Notes: generated from the letters alone by a model not told the origin. Shown: positions 1 to 11,893, counted from the first letter of the whole stretch. The stretch: DNA of 63,958 nucleotides, filler included, from Lama guanicoe (GCA_013239625.1; 143 parts of 143 records of this genome joined end to end with filler, not necessarily neighbours in it); one strand, 5' to 3'. Translations and numbers: made by a program.

Positions 1-199
1 CATCCTGTTTTGTGGGATAATTAGCCCTCTTCAGTTTTGGACATTTTTGTTGAGCCTTCTGTTATTTGCCCAAAAAGCACTCCAACCCATACAAAGAGCT
101 TTAGTGGGAATTAAAAACTCCCCAGGGAAGAATATCCTGGGTTTAAAATCTAAGCAACCCAGAATCCACAGGGCCCTTCTCTCAGTCCCAGTTACTCAC

Positions 200-310
200 C
201 ATCAAAAATTGATGGCCCTCAGGTTCAGCTCAGGGAAAATTAAAAATCACTTGTTCCATGAAACTCTCCATTATATCCCAGTCTTCAATTATTCCATGTC
301 TTATTGGCCA
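200..310 (-). pseudogene. ACTR3B: ACTR3B/ACTR3-like 111-nt exon copy with in-frame stop, both splice sites retained
   Basis: Minus strand reads ttgctttag|TGG...ATG|gtgagt and translates WPIRHGIIEDWDIMESFMEQVIFNFP*AEPEGHQFLM. Recalled ACTR3B is WPIRHGIIEDWDLMERFMEQVVFKYLRAEPEDHYFLM. TGA lies at 230-232. Confidence 0.88.
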
Positions 311-347
311 CTAAAGCAAGAGAAATCAAACTATGTCAAGCTTCAGT

Positions 348-447
348 NNNNNNNNNNNNNNNNNNNNNNNNNNNNNNNNNNNNNNNNNNNNTTAATTAAT
401 TAANNNNNNNNNNNNNNNNNNNNNNNNNNNNNNNNNNNNNNNNNNNN
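348..447. other. Artificial contig spacer N44-TTAATTAATTAA-N44 (first of ~142 identical copies, recurring every ~444-449 bp to 63610)
   Basis: Identical 100-bp block between every fragment. The 12-mer at 392-403 is its own reverse complement, gives TAA in all six frames and contains the PacI site TTAATTAA. Confidence 0.99.
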
Positions 448-719
448 TTATTTTGATCTGTAACAAAATTTACCAACAATTTGGGTCCTATGGTAGTTGA
501 ATAATCCAGATCAGTAAAAACCAAGTGCCTGAGAAAGAAGTACATGGGTGTCTGTAGCCCAGAATCTACCTTGGTGAGGATGACCATGCCTAAGTTGCCC
601 ACCACTGAGATCACACAGATGACAAGGAAGAGCCCAAATAACAAAGCCTGCAGCTCAGGGCAGTCTGTGATGCCCATGAGAATGAATTCACTCAGCACTG
701 TTTGATTGTAGTTTTCCAT
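448..719 (-). CDS. Olfactory receptor, OR8K-like, N-terminal part (truncated by contig end)
   Basis: MENYNQTVLSEFILMGITD...GNLGMVIL...LQTPMYFFLRHL...YSTTIGPKLLVNF shows the N-glycosylation site and TM1-TM2 OR motifs. The LRHL and GPK motifs are typical of OR8K. ATG at 717-719. Confidence 0.9.
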
Positions 720-1089
720 ATGGGTTTTATCAGAGAATCTATTCTGAATAGAAACATCAGCAGTCAATGACATCATGTAGTACAATTTGGTGATNNNNNN
801 NNNNNNNNNNNNNNNNNNNNNNNNNNNNNNNNNNNNNNTTAATTAATTAANNNNNNNNNNNNNNNNNNNNNNNNNNNNNNNNNNNNNNNNNNNNGCCTGG
901 GGACATTTCCTCACACAGCAAAGGGGGCTCCAGGCCGCCAACCAGCTGACTTAGAACAGGGCGCGGAGCCTGGATCCCCAGGCAGGCCCAGTGTCACCCC
1001 AGGGTCCCAACAGTGGGGGGGGCAGGAGGGCAGAGTCAGAGTGACGGGGTGACACCTGACTGGCCACAGCCGCCCTGGGCGATGGAGGA

Positions 1090-1230
1090 AGGGGCCACAA
1101 GCCCAGAAGCCGGAAAAGACGAGGAAACGACTCTCAACGACTCTCCCCTGGAGCCTCCAGGAGGGACCGGACTGTGACACCTGGGCTTCCGCCCGTGAGG
1201 CCCAGCTGGACTCCGACCTCCCGACTGAGA
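1090..1230 (+). mobile_element. MLT1 (ERVL-MaLR) LTR fragment
   Basis: gggccacaagccc...ggaaaagacgaggaaacgactctc...cctggagcctccaggagggacc...gacacct...gactccgacctcc resembles the MLT1 LTR body. Confidence 0.55.
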
Positions 1231-4200
1231 GGGTGAGGGTGNNNNNNNNNNNNNNNNNNNNNNNNNNNNNNNNNNNNNNNNNNNNTTAATTAATTAANNN
1301 NNNNNNNNNNNNNNNNNNNNNNNNNNNNNNNNNNNNNNNNNGGGTCAGAAGACATTGACTCAAGAAAAGATCCCCCCAAATTACCCCAGGGTGTCAGTTT
1401 CTAAAACCCCCACTGAGGAAGAATCAATGTCCCCATGTTAAACCTGTATGTATATAGATTTAGACAATACATACGTAGGTATTAATACATAAAAACTGAG
1501 GTTATCTATGGGTGGGTTATGAAATTCTGATTTTTCACTATGTGTCTATATTTTCCAATTTTTAAAACTTAACTTAAAAAAGCAAACAAGTACTTACATT
1601 TGAGAAAGGAAACAAATGTGGTTTTGCAGTTTCTCCAAGGCAAGGAAGAAAATGTTTTGTTAAGCCATACTAGTTAACATAAGCAACANNNNNNNNNNNN
1701 NNNNNNNNNNNNNNNNNNNNNNNNNNNNNNNNTTAATTAATTAANNNNNNNNNNNNNNNNNNNNNNNNNNNNNNNNNNNNNNNNNNNNGTTTTTGACAGA
1801 AGGGGCGTGTCTGTAGTTATGATGGGTGTGGAGTAAGAGTGGAATTCACTTAGTTGGCACAGATCAGAATGTGACCAAAGCTGCCAAGGGAAGGACGGGA
1901 AGGAGCCAGTGACGTGAAGGCCCAGGGAAGGAACACTCTGGACAGAGAGAAATCCTTGTAGTTTTTTGAAGAATTGCATAACTGTACTTAAAGATTCCGC
2001 TGTTATTAAGGCATCAATGTTTTTCTTATTACTTTGCTACTTTATTCAACTAGTTTTCCTAACTATAAAAGTTTTATCAAATAATAAGATTGTGCTAAGC
2101 CATTGTTTACTGAAATGAAGCAGCTTCTACAGTGTNNNNNNNNNNNNNNNNNNNNNNNNNNNNNNNNNNNNNNNNNNNNTTAATTAATTAANNNNNNNNN
2201 NNNNNNNNNNNNNNNNNNNNNNNNNNNNNNNNNNNGTGTCTCTAATAACTTTCATGGGTGTCTTTGGAACAATTGCTATGCTTCCCCTATTTTTCTGTGT
2301 ATTCTTCTTTTCCTTAGATGTCTCCTAAGTTACCCTGAGAGTTGTGCTGAGATGACACAGACGCCCTGTGCTAATAGGAAGGAGAGGGACTGACCAGCTG
2401 GCCCTACAGCTGGAGCTCTGATGGGGTATCAGTCATCGGGGCGGGGGGGGGCGGTGTCAACAATAAAGGGATTTTAAAAGCCTGCCTGTCTTGCCATTCT
2501 ACCCAAATTCCTTAAGTGCCATGAGAAGCAAAATTTTGACAGAAATAATTGTTACTCTTCCTCTCTTTCTTTCTTTCTTTCTNNNNNNNNNNNNNNNNNN
2601 NNNNNNNNNNNNNNNNNNNNNNNNNNTTAATTAATTAANNNNNNNNNNNNNNNNNNNNNNNNNNNNNNNNNNNNNNNNNNNNGATATAAACCTGGGGGCT
2701 ACAAGGCCCCCAGGGATCAAGTGGAGGCTGCTATCCACATACCATGAGTAACCACTTTTAAATTTTATCTTCACTCCTAGTCACAAAAGTCGATCCAGAA
2801 TCTCAAGAGTTGCCACTGAAGTGTTCCTAAGACCCTTCAGGGATTGTGGTTTAAACGATTTTCTCCAGCACGAACAATGTTTGGGGTCATTCATTCTTAA
2901 TTCGTTCCTACCTTCTATTATCAAGTCAGGGGCAGAATAGGAGAAATTCACAATTCAGGAAACGTGAGGTCACGACTGGAACTAGTCTGCTAGATCTGTC
3001 ATCAGGGGAAAATGCTCTCTCCAGTCAGTNNNNNNNNNNNNNNNNNNNNNNNNNNNNNNNNNNNNNNNNNNNNTTAATTAATTAANNNNNNNNNNNNNNN
3101 NNNNNNNNNNNNNNNNNNNNNNNNNNNNNACATGGAGTTGGTCAAAGTAATGGGATGAAACAGCTCCTCCTATCATTTTTTATTAGAAGGAAGTAATCAT
3201 ACTCAAAAACAGCTCAACTCCACCCCACCAGTAGATTTCCCTTTCCTTGAATCTGGCCATAACTGAGACTAACTCTCTTTTCCAATCCACTTACTAACAA
3301 GGGAGATTGAAGACAATAGACTAATCGTCCGGTACTGAATGGATGAGAGGGAGGCGTAACAATAGCCACCACATTATCTCCTGTCCAGCCCTACATGCCA
3401 AAATCCTACTAGTCCTTCCAAATGCACGTCTTCTATTGAACTTTTTTATGTCAAGCACTGATAAAACCCCCATTATNNNNNNNNNNNNNNNNNNNNNNNN
3501 NNNNNNNNNNNNNNNNNNNNTTAATTAATTAANNNNNNNNNNNNNNNNNNNNNNNNNNNNNNNNNNNNNNNNNNNNATAAAAAAGCAACTATTTTTGCTT
3601 TAGAAAATGAAGGCGAGCACACCTACACAACAGAAACCCCAAATTTCATCCACCAAGAAACAATCACTGAAAACACTTTGAAGCAGTCTTCGAGACCCTC
3701 TCTAGGCATATAATAAATTTCAAACTGTAATCACGTTGCATATGCTGTTTTGTAACCTAAAAAACTTCTATGAACATGTTTCATTAAGAAAAAACCAACA
3801 TGATTGCATGTTTTCCACTGTACTTTTTGTTGGACATTTAAACAGTTTCTGTCTCTTTTGTTCTTAATTAGTACTGCAATGGAGAGATGAAAATCTTTCT
3901 AGCAAAATCATTGACCATGCTCTNNNNNNNNNNNNNNNNNNNNNNNNNNNNNNNNNNNNNNNNNNNNTTAATTAATTAANNNNNNNNNNNNNNNNNNNNN
4001 NNNNNNNNNNNNNNNNNNNNNNNTTTTTTCATCTTGGATAAGGCATAGTATCTGCTTACATATAGAAAGCAGAATTTGGGGAGGAAATTTTTGCCAATAT
4101 TAACAATAGCCTCCTTCTAAATCAAACATAATTAAATCTTAGGTAACTGCCATCTAATTAAAAAATGTGATATTTTTGTTAATAACATACTGCTGAGGAA

Positions 4201-4574
4201 GATAGTCCTATAACCTTCCTTATTAACCCAAGAGATTGACAGCACACCTACTAGAGAACCAGAGAAGTTCTTATGAAGCACAATTTCTCACCTGCTTTGT
4301 GAGGTTCATTTGTGTAAGAATAAGCGTTGTGTGTTTATGAAGAATACGCAGGTTGAAATCAGTTTTTTTTNNNNNNNNNNNNNNNNNNNNNNNNNNNNNN
4401 NNNNNNNNNNNNNNTTAATTAATTAANNNNNNNNNNNNNNNNNNNNNNNNNNNNNNNNNNNNNNNNNNNNCCCGTGACTGTAAAAGCCAAGCGGGTGAAT
4501 AGAAGCCATGAGACCCGCCCAATATCTCAAAAGTCTGGGCAAAGTAGACTTAGCAACAGTGTAAGTAAATGCCT

Positions 4575-4790
4575 GAAGGCCCTGCGCATGCTCAGTACAG
4601 TAGCAGCGGGATCCACTTCCCCTACGGCCAAGGAGAGCCCCACGCATGCGCGGTGCTGAGGCCCAGTGAGGACCCACAGCAGTGCCTTGAGGTCGTTTGA
4701 TGCAGAGTCAGGCAAGGACTTGCAGCTGATTCGAGGAGGAACTCGGTTCACACCGCCGCCAGTGACTGAGGCAGAGCTCCAAGGTAAGGT
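4575..4790 (+). promoter_or_regulatory. Putative promoter / non-coding first exon with two NRF1-like motifs and a splice donor
   Basis: TGCGCATGCTCA (4583-4594), CGCATGCGC (4643-4651), an ETS-like CACTTCC, and AAG|GTAAGG at 4781-4789. Confidence 0.4.
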
Positions 4791-4917
4791 ATGAAAGTCC
4801 TTGAATTCTCAAACTGCNNNNNNNNNNNNNNNNNNNNNNNNNNNNNNNNNNNNNNNNNNNNTTAATTAATTAANNNNNNNNNNNNNNNNNNNNNNNNNNN
4901 NNNNNNNNNNNNNNNNN

Positions 4918-5261
4918 TCCAGATGTATGCCCAGGAGTGGGATTGCTGGATCATAGGGTAAGTCTTATTTTTTGAGGAATCTCCACACTGTTTTCCATAA
5001 TGACTGCACTACACTACATTCCCACCAGCAGTGTACGAGGGTTCCCTTTTCTCCACACCTTCTGCAGCATTTATCATTTGTGGACTTTGGAATAATGGCC
5101 ATTCTGACCGGTGTGACGTGACACCTCATTGTAGTTTTGATTTGTATTTCTCTGCTAATTAGTGATCTTGAGCATTTTTTCATGGTCCTATTAGCCATTT
5201 GTATGTCTTTACTGGAAAATTGCTTGTTTAGGTCTTCTGCCCATTTTTGAATTGGGTTTTT
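4918..5261 (-). mobile_element. LINE-1 ORF2 C-terminal (cysteine-rich) fragment
   Basis: Minus ORF ...[21 protein letters not shown]...[10 protein letters not shown]...[11 protein letters not shown] is the canonical L1 ORF2 end. Confidence 0.95.
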
Positions 5262-5808
5262 NNNNNNNNNNNNNNNNNNNNNNNNNNNNNNNNNNNNNNN
5301 NNNNNTTAATTAATTAANNNNNNNNNNNNNNNNNNNNNNNNNNNNNNNNNNNNNNNNNNNNTTTAAACACGAAGAGGGGATGCTTTTGCTTTAAAATGCC
5401 AGATGTCTCTACCATGATTTCTCTAGGGTCTTACTAAACAGAACATCCTAATTTGTCCATTTACTTTGCCTGGAACACTTAGCTTCATCTCCATATCCCT
5501 ATTTCCAGTGGGCTTACACAAACATTTCTTGAATATTCAATAAATATCTTTTTGAAGGAGAATCCTCAACAACTAAAATATAAACATGTGAGGGTAGCGA
5601 TTTCTTGTTTTATTCACTACTCTATCCCCTATGCCAAAATCAGTACCTGGCACATGCTAGATCCTCAACAAAGATTTATCAAAAGATTAAAGCAACCATT
5701 AAAAAAAANNNNNNNNNNNNNNNNNNNNNNNNNNNNNNNNNNNNNNNNNNNNTTAATTAATTAANNNNNNNNNNNNNNNNNNNNNNNNNNNNNNNNNNNN
5801 NNNNNNNN

Positions 5809-6155
5809 TTCATAATGGGTTGGGAAGGCAGTGGGGACCGTATCATTGACCTTGGCCCAAAACTCCAGGACTTTCATCTTGCTGGTTTCAGCGTGGGCTT
5901 TTGGGCCCCACAGGAACTCACAGCGGGGAGGATCACTGTTGGGCACCTGGCGGTACTCTAGGTACTTTTCCTGCACCAAATCTTCTGTGATAAGCTTCCT
6001 GGGCTCCCCAAAGATGAAGTGCCTCCTTCCATCATAGACATCCAGAATATTCAGGAATTCCCAGGTCTCCTCCTCAGAGGCGCAGTTGCCATTCAAGAAA
6101 ATCATACCCAGGAGAGGCATCAGAAGCCCATTCTTAGGAAGTCCCCAGCCACTGC
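5809..6155 (-). CDS. MAGE-B family protein, MAGE homology domain fragment (open across the contig)
   Basis: [35 protein letters not shown]...[54 protein letters not shown]. Confidence 0.93.
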
Positions 6156-7596
6156 NNNNNNNNNNNNNNNNNNNNNNNNNNNNNNNNNNNNNNNNNNNNT
6201 TAATTAATTAANNNNNNNNNNNNNNNNNNNNNNNNNNNNNNNNNNNNNNNNNNNNCAGAAGTGGGTGGGATACCCTGAAAGGTGGCACAGCCTGGGCACG
6301 TCCCATAGCAGCACCCAGGAGCAGTTTCTGTTTCTGGCCACTGTTTCAGAGCAGCTCTTCTTTTCTGAGGTCTCTGTGTGTGGGAGCACTTTGCAAATCA
6401 AGGCCGCCGCCTTGTGGAAGCTCACTTGCAGCCGTGGGTAAGCAACCCACCGCCAGGTCACAGAGTGGCAGAAAAACCAGGGCTCTGCAGTGTCAGACAC
6501 TCACGCGCAGGAAAGGACTCCCTGGCATCCACCAGGCGGCCCTTGAAGACACCCAATGCACTCACCTCCTTGTCTTTTCATTAAAGTCGGAGAGTGCAGG
6601 CANNNNNNNNNNNNNNNNNNNNNNNNNNNNNNNNNNNNNNNNNNNNTTAATTAATTAANNNNNNNNNNNNNNNNNNNNNNNNNNNNNNNNNNNNNNNNNN
6701 NNCCCAGGAAAAGCAGGAAATCAGTTTAGCAGAGGGAAATAAACAGATGGACAGAGTCATTTATTTTGAGGGGAACTCTGTGCTGTTTGAATTAAAGTAA
6801 TGAGCACTTTAAGATGCAGCGAAGCTGTTTTTACATTTCATTTGAGTCATTCAAAATGTAAACAGAGCCCCATGGCAGATGAGCAGTACCAAACTTCTTC
6901 AGCGTCTGAAAATTCTAATAAAGGACTGGGGAAGGGAACATCTTCCCTCTTCCAGAAGTTAATAATAATAATAATAGTAACAGTGCTTCTGATGCTGTGA
7001 ACAATAGCACCTTCCTATGGAGCATTATTGTGTACGAGCCCCATGTAAANNNNNNNNNNNNNNNNNNNNNNNNNNNNNNNNNNNNNNNNNNNNTTAATTA
7101 ATTAANNNNNNNNNNNNNNNNNNNNNNNNNNNNNNNNNNNNNNNNNNNNGCAACCCAATCTGGTTTCTCAAATTAGAGAGAATGATTTCTGCATACTTCT
7201 GTTGATTGGGCAGAGATGAGAACCAGGCAGAACAGGGTGCAGACACTGATATGGAACTGGAAGTGAATGTGTAAGACAACCTTCTATAGAAACAACTAGG
7301 TAAAACTTTACAGGCAACAGGGGTGAGTAGGAAGACTAAGATTTTGAAACCAAGCAGCTGGGAACTCAAAGTATCATTATTTGGAGCAGTGAAACAATGA
7401 TGGCCTCAACTATACTTACTGGCTAATTATAAAGACACAGAATGGGGAAGGCTAAAGAAAACTAAAGTAAGTGTGTTACGCCTTAAAAAGGGTAAGNNNN
7501 NNNNNNNNNNNNNNNNNNNNNNNNNNNNNNNNNNNNNNNNTTAATTAATTAANNNNNNNNNNNNNNNNNNNNNNNNNNNNNNNNNNNNNNNNNNNN

Positions 7597-7719
7597 CCCA
7601 TCCAGTGTGACCTCACCTTAACTAATTACACCTACAAAGACCATCTTTCAAAATAAGGTCACATTCTGAAGCTCTGGGAGGATGTGAATTTTGGGGGAGA
7701 CACTGCGCAACCCAGTACA
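7597..7719 (-). mobile_element. MLT1A-like MaLR LTR end
   Basis: tgacctcaccttaactaattacacctacaaagacc...aaataaggtcacattctgaa...tgaattttgggggagacact...caacccagtaca. Confidence 0.8.
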
Positions 7720-8164
7720 GTGCCCCGTTGCTCCCCGATTAAAACCCACCCCCCTCCCCAGGACTGTGAGTCATTGCTGCCTGACGGTCAGAGTGAGGAC
7801 GCGGAGCTGGGCTGCCTGGGGAGCACTCGGCCGGTGCCCACCCATGTGAGCTTGTGGTCAGTGGGTCGTGGCACCCAGGTCTTCAGCTGCCTTTTGTCAT
7901 GTGATGTCAAAGACCTCCCAGTAACGTGGGGTGGTCAGGTGACNNNNNNNNNNNNNNNNNNNNNNNNNNNNNNNNNNNNNNNNNNNNTTAATTAATTAAN
8001 NNNNNNNNNNNNNNNNNNNNNNNNNNNNNNNNNNNNNNNNNNNCCCGGCCGGCGCGGGCGGGGCGGGGGGGGGCTGCTCCCTGTCCACCCGCGGCCGGCC
8101 CGAGCCCCGCGCGGCCCCCGCCGCCCCCAGGCCCCGTCCCGGAGGCGCCTCGCCTCCTACGTAC

Positions 8165-8390
8165 CCGGAAAAAGCAGCCGGCGAGAGGCGATCGAAGCGG
8201 GCGGAAAAGACAATGAAAGTTAAAAGTCGTTCAGCAGAAAATGAATGTGAGCCAAGCGGCCATCTTGAAGCGAGCTGCAGACGCCGCTGTCAATGGGCAA
8301 CGAGCGCAGCCGAGAGGAGCCGCGGCCGCCGCGCTCGGCTCATGCTGCCTCCCGAGCCCGGCCTCCTCCTCCTCCTCCGCCTCGGCCTCC
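8165..8390 (-). other. BMI1: BMI1 non-coding exon 1 (5' UTR) in a CpG island, with donor and start of intron 1 (8044-8164)
   Basis: Minus strand ...CTTCAAGATGGCCGCTTGGCTCACATTCATTTTCTGCTGAACGACTTTTAACTTTCATTGTCTTTTCCGCCCGCTTCGATCGCC...TTTCCGG|gtacgt matches my recall of the BMI1 5' UTR. It contains the YY1 motif AAGATGGCCGC. Confidence 0.82.
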
Positions 8391-8937
8391 NNNNNNNNNN
8401 NNNNNNNNNNNNNNNNNNNNNNNNNNNNNNNNNNTTAATTAATTAANNNNNNNNNNNNNNNNNNNNNNNNNNNNNNNNNNNNNNNNNNNNCTAAGGGATT
8501 CTATTAGATCCCAGGCGCTGCTGTCTGTTGGAGTAGATTCCCTACATTCAGGATACATGAACATGTCTTCTTGTGTGTGCTGGAGGTGGGGATACAGATT
8601 CTACTCATTTTTATGTGGGCACAGGTATTCCCAGGTTGAGGATGCAGATTATACACCTCCACTTCCCATAGTGTGGCCCTCGCTAATACTTGGTTTCGAG
8701 ATCAATCTCCACCTTCGCTCACTCCCCGGCTTGGGCAAACACTCAGGCAGTCAACCTAAGGGATCGAATTAGAGCCCAGTTTCTGCTATGATTTGGAGGA
8801 GCCTCCCCACACTCAAGATAACAGAACACTTTTCCGTNNNNNNNNNNNNNNNNNNNNNNNNNNNNNNNNNNNNNNNNNNNNTTAATTAATTAANNNNNNN
8901 NNNNNNNNNNNNNNNNNNNNNNNNNNNNNNNNNNNNN

Positions 8938-8962
8938 ACACACACACACACACACACACACA
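8938..8962 (+). repeat. (CA)n microsatellite at contig start
   Basis: acacacacacacacacacacacaca directly visible. Confidence 0.95.
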
Positions 8963-10276
8963 CGTATTACCCCATAAACTGGATTATAATTACATGGTTT
9001 TGTGATGTTAAACTTTACACATTTTCGTTCATAAATTGTTTTAATTACAAAAAATAAAGATCCCATGTACTTACAGATTTATTTTTCCCGTGTGAATTTT
9101 ATCCTTGTGTTTCCCAATGCAGTAGTTTCAGAATTGCCATAATTAAGATAGAAAAAAAAATTAAAGTAATCTTCAAATGCCTGAATTTGGGAAAACTCTA
9201 AATAAAGGACAGTTTTTGATCTTATTAGTTGCCATTTAATATCAGGAACATTCATCCATATGTACCATGTAGGCTACAAGAGNNNNNNNNNNNNNNNNNN
9301 NNNNNNNNNNNNNNNNNNNNNNNNNNTTAATTAATTAANNNNNNNNNNNNNNNNNNNNNNNNNNNNNNNNNNNNNNNNNNNNGGAGCTCAGATCCACAGG
9401 AGGGTGTTTGAGAAAGCATAGTTTCGCTGGGGTGTAGGGTGGTGGAATGTGGCATTAGTATACACTGAATAAGTGCAAACTATGGTCAATGGTCCTTTAA
9501 TTTTCTCCAAGTTTTTGTAGAGCTACTTAATGAAGGTTTATGAAAGTGAAAAGTTCCCTGTTCCCTTTGTCTTTCAATTTTACACAAGGAGCAGGACATT
9601 TTGCACTCAGTTAAGGGGCCCCTCGGCATGCAGGGCCAGGCTTGTGGCCCTGGGTGCCTCGGCCGCCGCCCTGCTCACCACACCTGCATTACCTGGCGCT
9701 AAGGAGAGAAGGCCCCCTTCCCTCCCTGCNNNNNNNNNNNNNNNNNNNNNNNNNNNNNNNNNNNNNNNNNNNNTTAATTAATTAANNNNNNNNNNNNNNN
9801 NNNNNNNNNNNNNNNNNNNNNNNNNNNNNTTTAAAAAATCCACTTCTTTAATTTTGTCTTCTCCAACTGCACTATAGGCCTTTTATGTCCTCTTCACTAC
9901 TGCACCCTCCATGCCCGAACAGTGCTTAGCACACAGGAGGTCAAATAATATAGACGTATATATTTTAAAATTTGAATGAATGTACACAAGATAAAATTAT
10001 TCACAGAATCCATACTATTCAAACACTAATATAAAAGATTCAGCTGAACTAATCTTTGTGTTGTTTATCTAGAATTGTCAAGCTATACACCCTGCAAATC
10101 ACTTCCCATGAGGTTTAGTGTATTCACTGTATCCACTGGCTTGACCTCTATTTCAGGTAAAGTGAGTTGCTATAGANNNNNNNNNNNNNNNNNNNNNNNN
10201 NNNNNNNNNNNNNNNNNNNNTTAATTAATTAANNNNNNNNNNNNNNNNNNNNNNNNNNNNNNNNNNNNNNNNNNNN

Positions 10277-10623
10277 TCGAAAATTTTCCCATAGAAGAAA
10301 TAAAAGCAAGAATAAACAAATAAGATTTAATGAAATTTACAAGCTTCTGCACAGTAAAGAAACAAGAAGCTAAACAAAAAGACAACCTACGGATTGGGAA
10401 AAAAAATTTCATATGAAACAGACAAAGCTTTGATCTTCAGAGCATATAAGCAGGACACCCAACTGAATAAGAAAATATAAACAACCCAATTTAAAAATGG
10501 GCAGAAACCTAAACAAGTGATTACCCAAAGAAGACATACAAATGATCAAAAGACACATCAGAAAATGCTAAATGTCACTGATTATCAGAGAATTGCAAAT
10601 CAAAACTACAGTGATGTATCACC
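10277..10623 (+). mobile_element. LINE-1 ORF2 fragment
   Basis: aagcttctgcacagtaaagaaac...aacaacccaatttaaaaatgggcagaaacctaaac...aaagaagacatacaaatg...gcaaatcaaaactacagtgatgtatcacc. Confidence 0.9.
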
Positions 10624-10723
10624 NNNNNNNNNNNNNNNNNNNNNNNNNNNNNNNNNNNNNNNNNNNNTTAATTAATTAANNNNNNNNNNNNNNNNNNNNN
10701 NNNNNNNNNNNNNNNNNNNNNNN

Positions 10724-11070
10724 TTTTTTTTTTTGATTGAAGTATAGTCAGTTACAATGTGTCAGTTTCTGGCCTACAGCACAATGTCCCCGTCATGTAA
10801 ATATTCATTTTCATAATATTTTTCATTAAAGCTTATTATAAAGTATTCAATATAGTTCCCCGTGCTATACAGAGGAAAAATTTTTTAATCTATTTTTATA
10901 TATAGTTGTTAAACTTTGCAAATCTCAAACTCCCAAATTTATCCCCTCCCACCCCCTTTCCCCTGGTAACAATAAAATTGTTTACTATGTCTGCAAGTCT
11001 CTTTTTTTCTTTCCTTCTTTCTTTTTTTTTTAATTCCACATATGAGTGATATCACATGGTATTTTTCTTT
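10724..11070 (-). mobile_element. LINE-1 3' UTR with poly(A) tail
   Basis: Poly-T then gattgaagtatagtcagttacaatgtg...atagttccccgtgctatacag...ttccacatatgagtgatatcac. Confidence 0.9.
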
Positions 11071-11170
11071 NNNNNNNNNNNNNNNNNNNNNNNNNNNNNN
11101 NNNNNNNNNNNNNNTTAATTAATTAANNNNNNNNNNNNNNNNNNNNNNNNNNNNNNNNNNNNNNNNNNNN

Positions 11171-11517
11171 ATCACCTTTCCAGCTGTGAGATTCTCATTT
11201 CTGTAACATCCTGCTACTTTTCTTTTTAGAGTATACGTTTCATTATTTCTTTTTAAATGGGTATAGTGTTGCTAACTCTTGTAGCATTTTAGTTTCTGTG
11301 AAATCCTTTATGTCTCCTTGTACCATAAATGATAGCCTTGCTGGTTAAAGTATTTTAGTGTATATCTTTATTTATTCAGGACATTGAATATATCTTGCCA
11401 CTCCTTTCTGGTCTGCCATATTTGTGTAGTGAAATCAGCTGAGAGCCTTATGTGGATTCCCTTGTAATTCACTCTTTGCTATTCTCTTGCTTCCTTTAGG
11501 ATCATTTCTTTATCCTT
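11171..11517 (-). mobile_element. LINE-1 ORF1 fragment
   Basis: aaatgatagccttgctggttaaagtatt...ttgaatatatcttgccactcctttctggtctgc...gaaatcagctgagagccttatg. Confidence 0.85.
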
Positions 11518-11699
11518 NNNNNNNNNNNNNNNNNNNNNNNNNNNNNNNNNNNNNNNNNNNNTTAATTAATTAANNNNNNNNNNNNNNNNNNNNNNNNNNN
11601 NNNNNNNNNNNNNNNNNGCCCTCTTTCTTTATCAAGTGGTCCTCTCCTAACAAGGCAGTAGGCAAACGCTTCACCCTTGGAATCCCTCTGATTTCTGCA

Positions 11700-11893
11700 A
11701 CTGGCCGGGGACAGTCTGGTCCTCTCCAGGGGCCGCCTGATGGGGCTGTGCGCACTTGGATCATCTCCACACTTTAAGATTAAGTCACTTGGGACCTTAA
11801 TTATATACGTAAAATTCCTTCCCAGAAACACCTAGATTAGTGTTTGAATAACCAGGGAGAACCTTGGAGACCATTTTCAGGTCTTCCCACTGC
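11700..11893. mobile_element. Old MLT1-type LTR fragment
   Basis: gggaccttaattatatacgtaaaattccttcccagaaacacctagattagtgtttgaataaccaggg resembles MLT1H/J-type LTRs. Confidence 0.5.

Noticed and set aside
47..403. ORFs in the track ending in X-runs and 'N' or 'LIN' (this one and dozens more)
   Set aside because: They read through Ns and stop in the linker. Here the real homology is on the opposite strand (ACTR3B-like).
2691..2714. Perfect 9-bp hairpin CCTGGGGGC-tacaag-GCCCCCAGG
   Set aside because: Short and low-complexity, with no U-tract or RNA-family features; plausible by chance in about 50 kb.
6458..6493. CACAGAG...AGAAAAACC resembling a V(D)J recombination signal
   Set aside because: Spacing is about 4 nt rather than 12 or 23, and there is no adjacent V, D or J coding segment.
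8213..8446. Plus-strand ORFs in the GC-rich contig
   Set aside because: They are antisense to the BMI1 5' UTR and open only because of GC richness.
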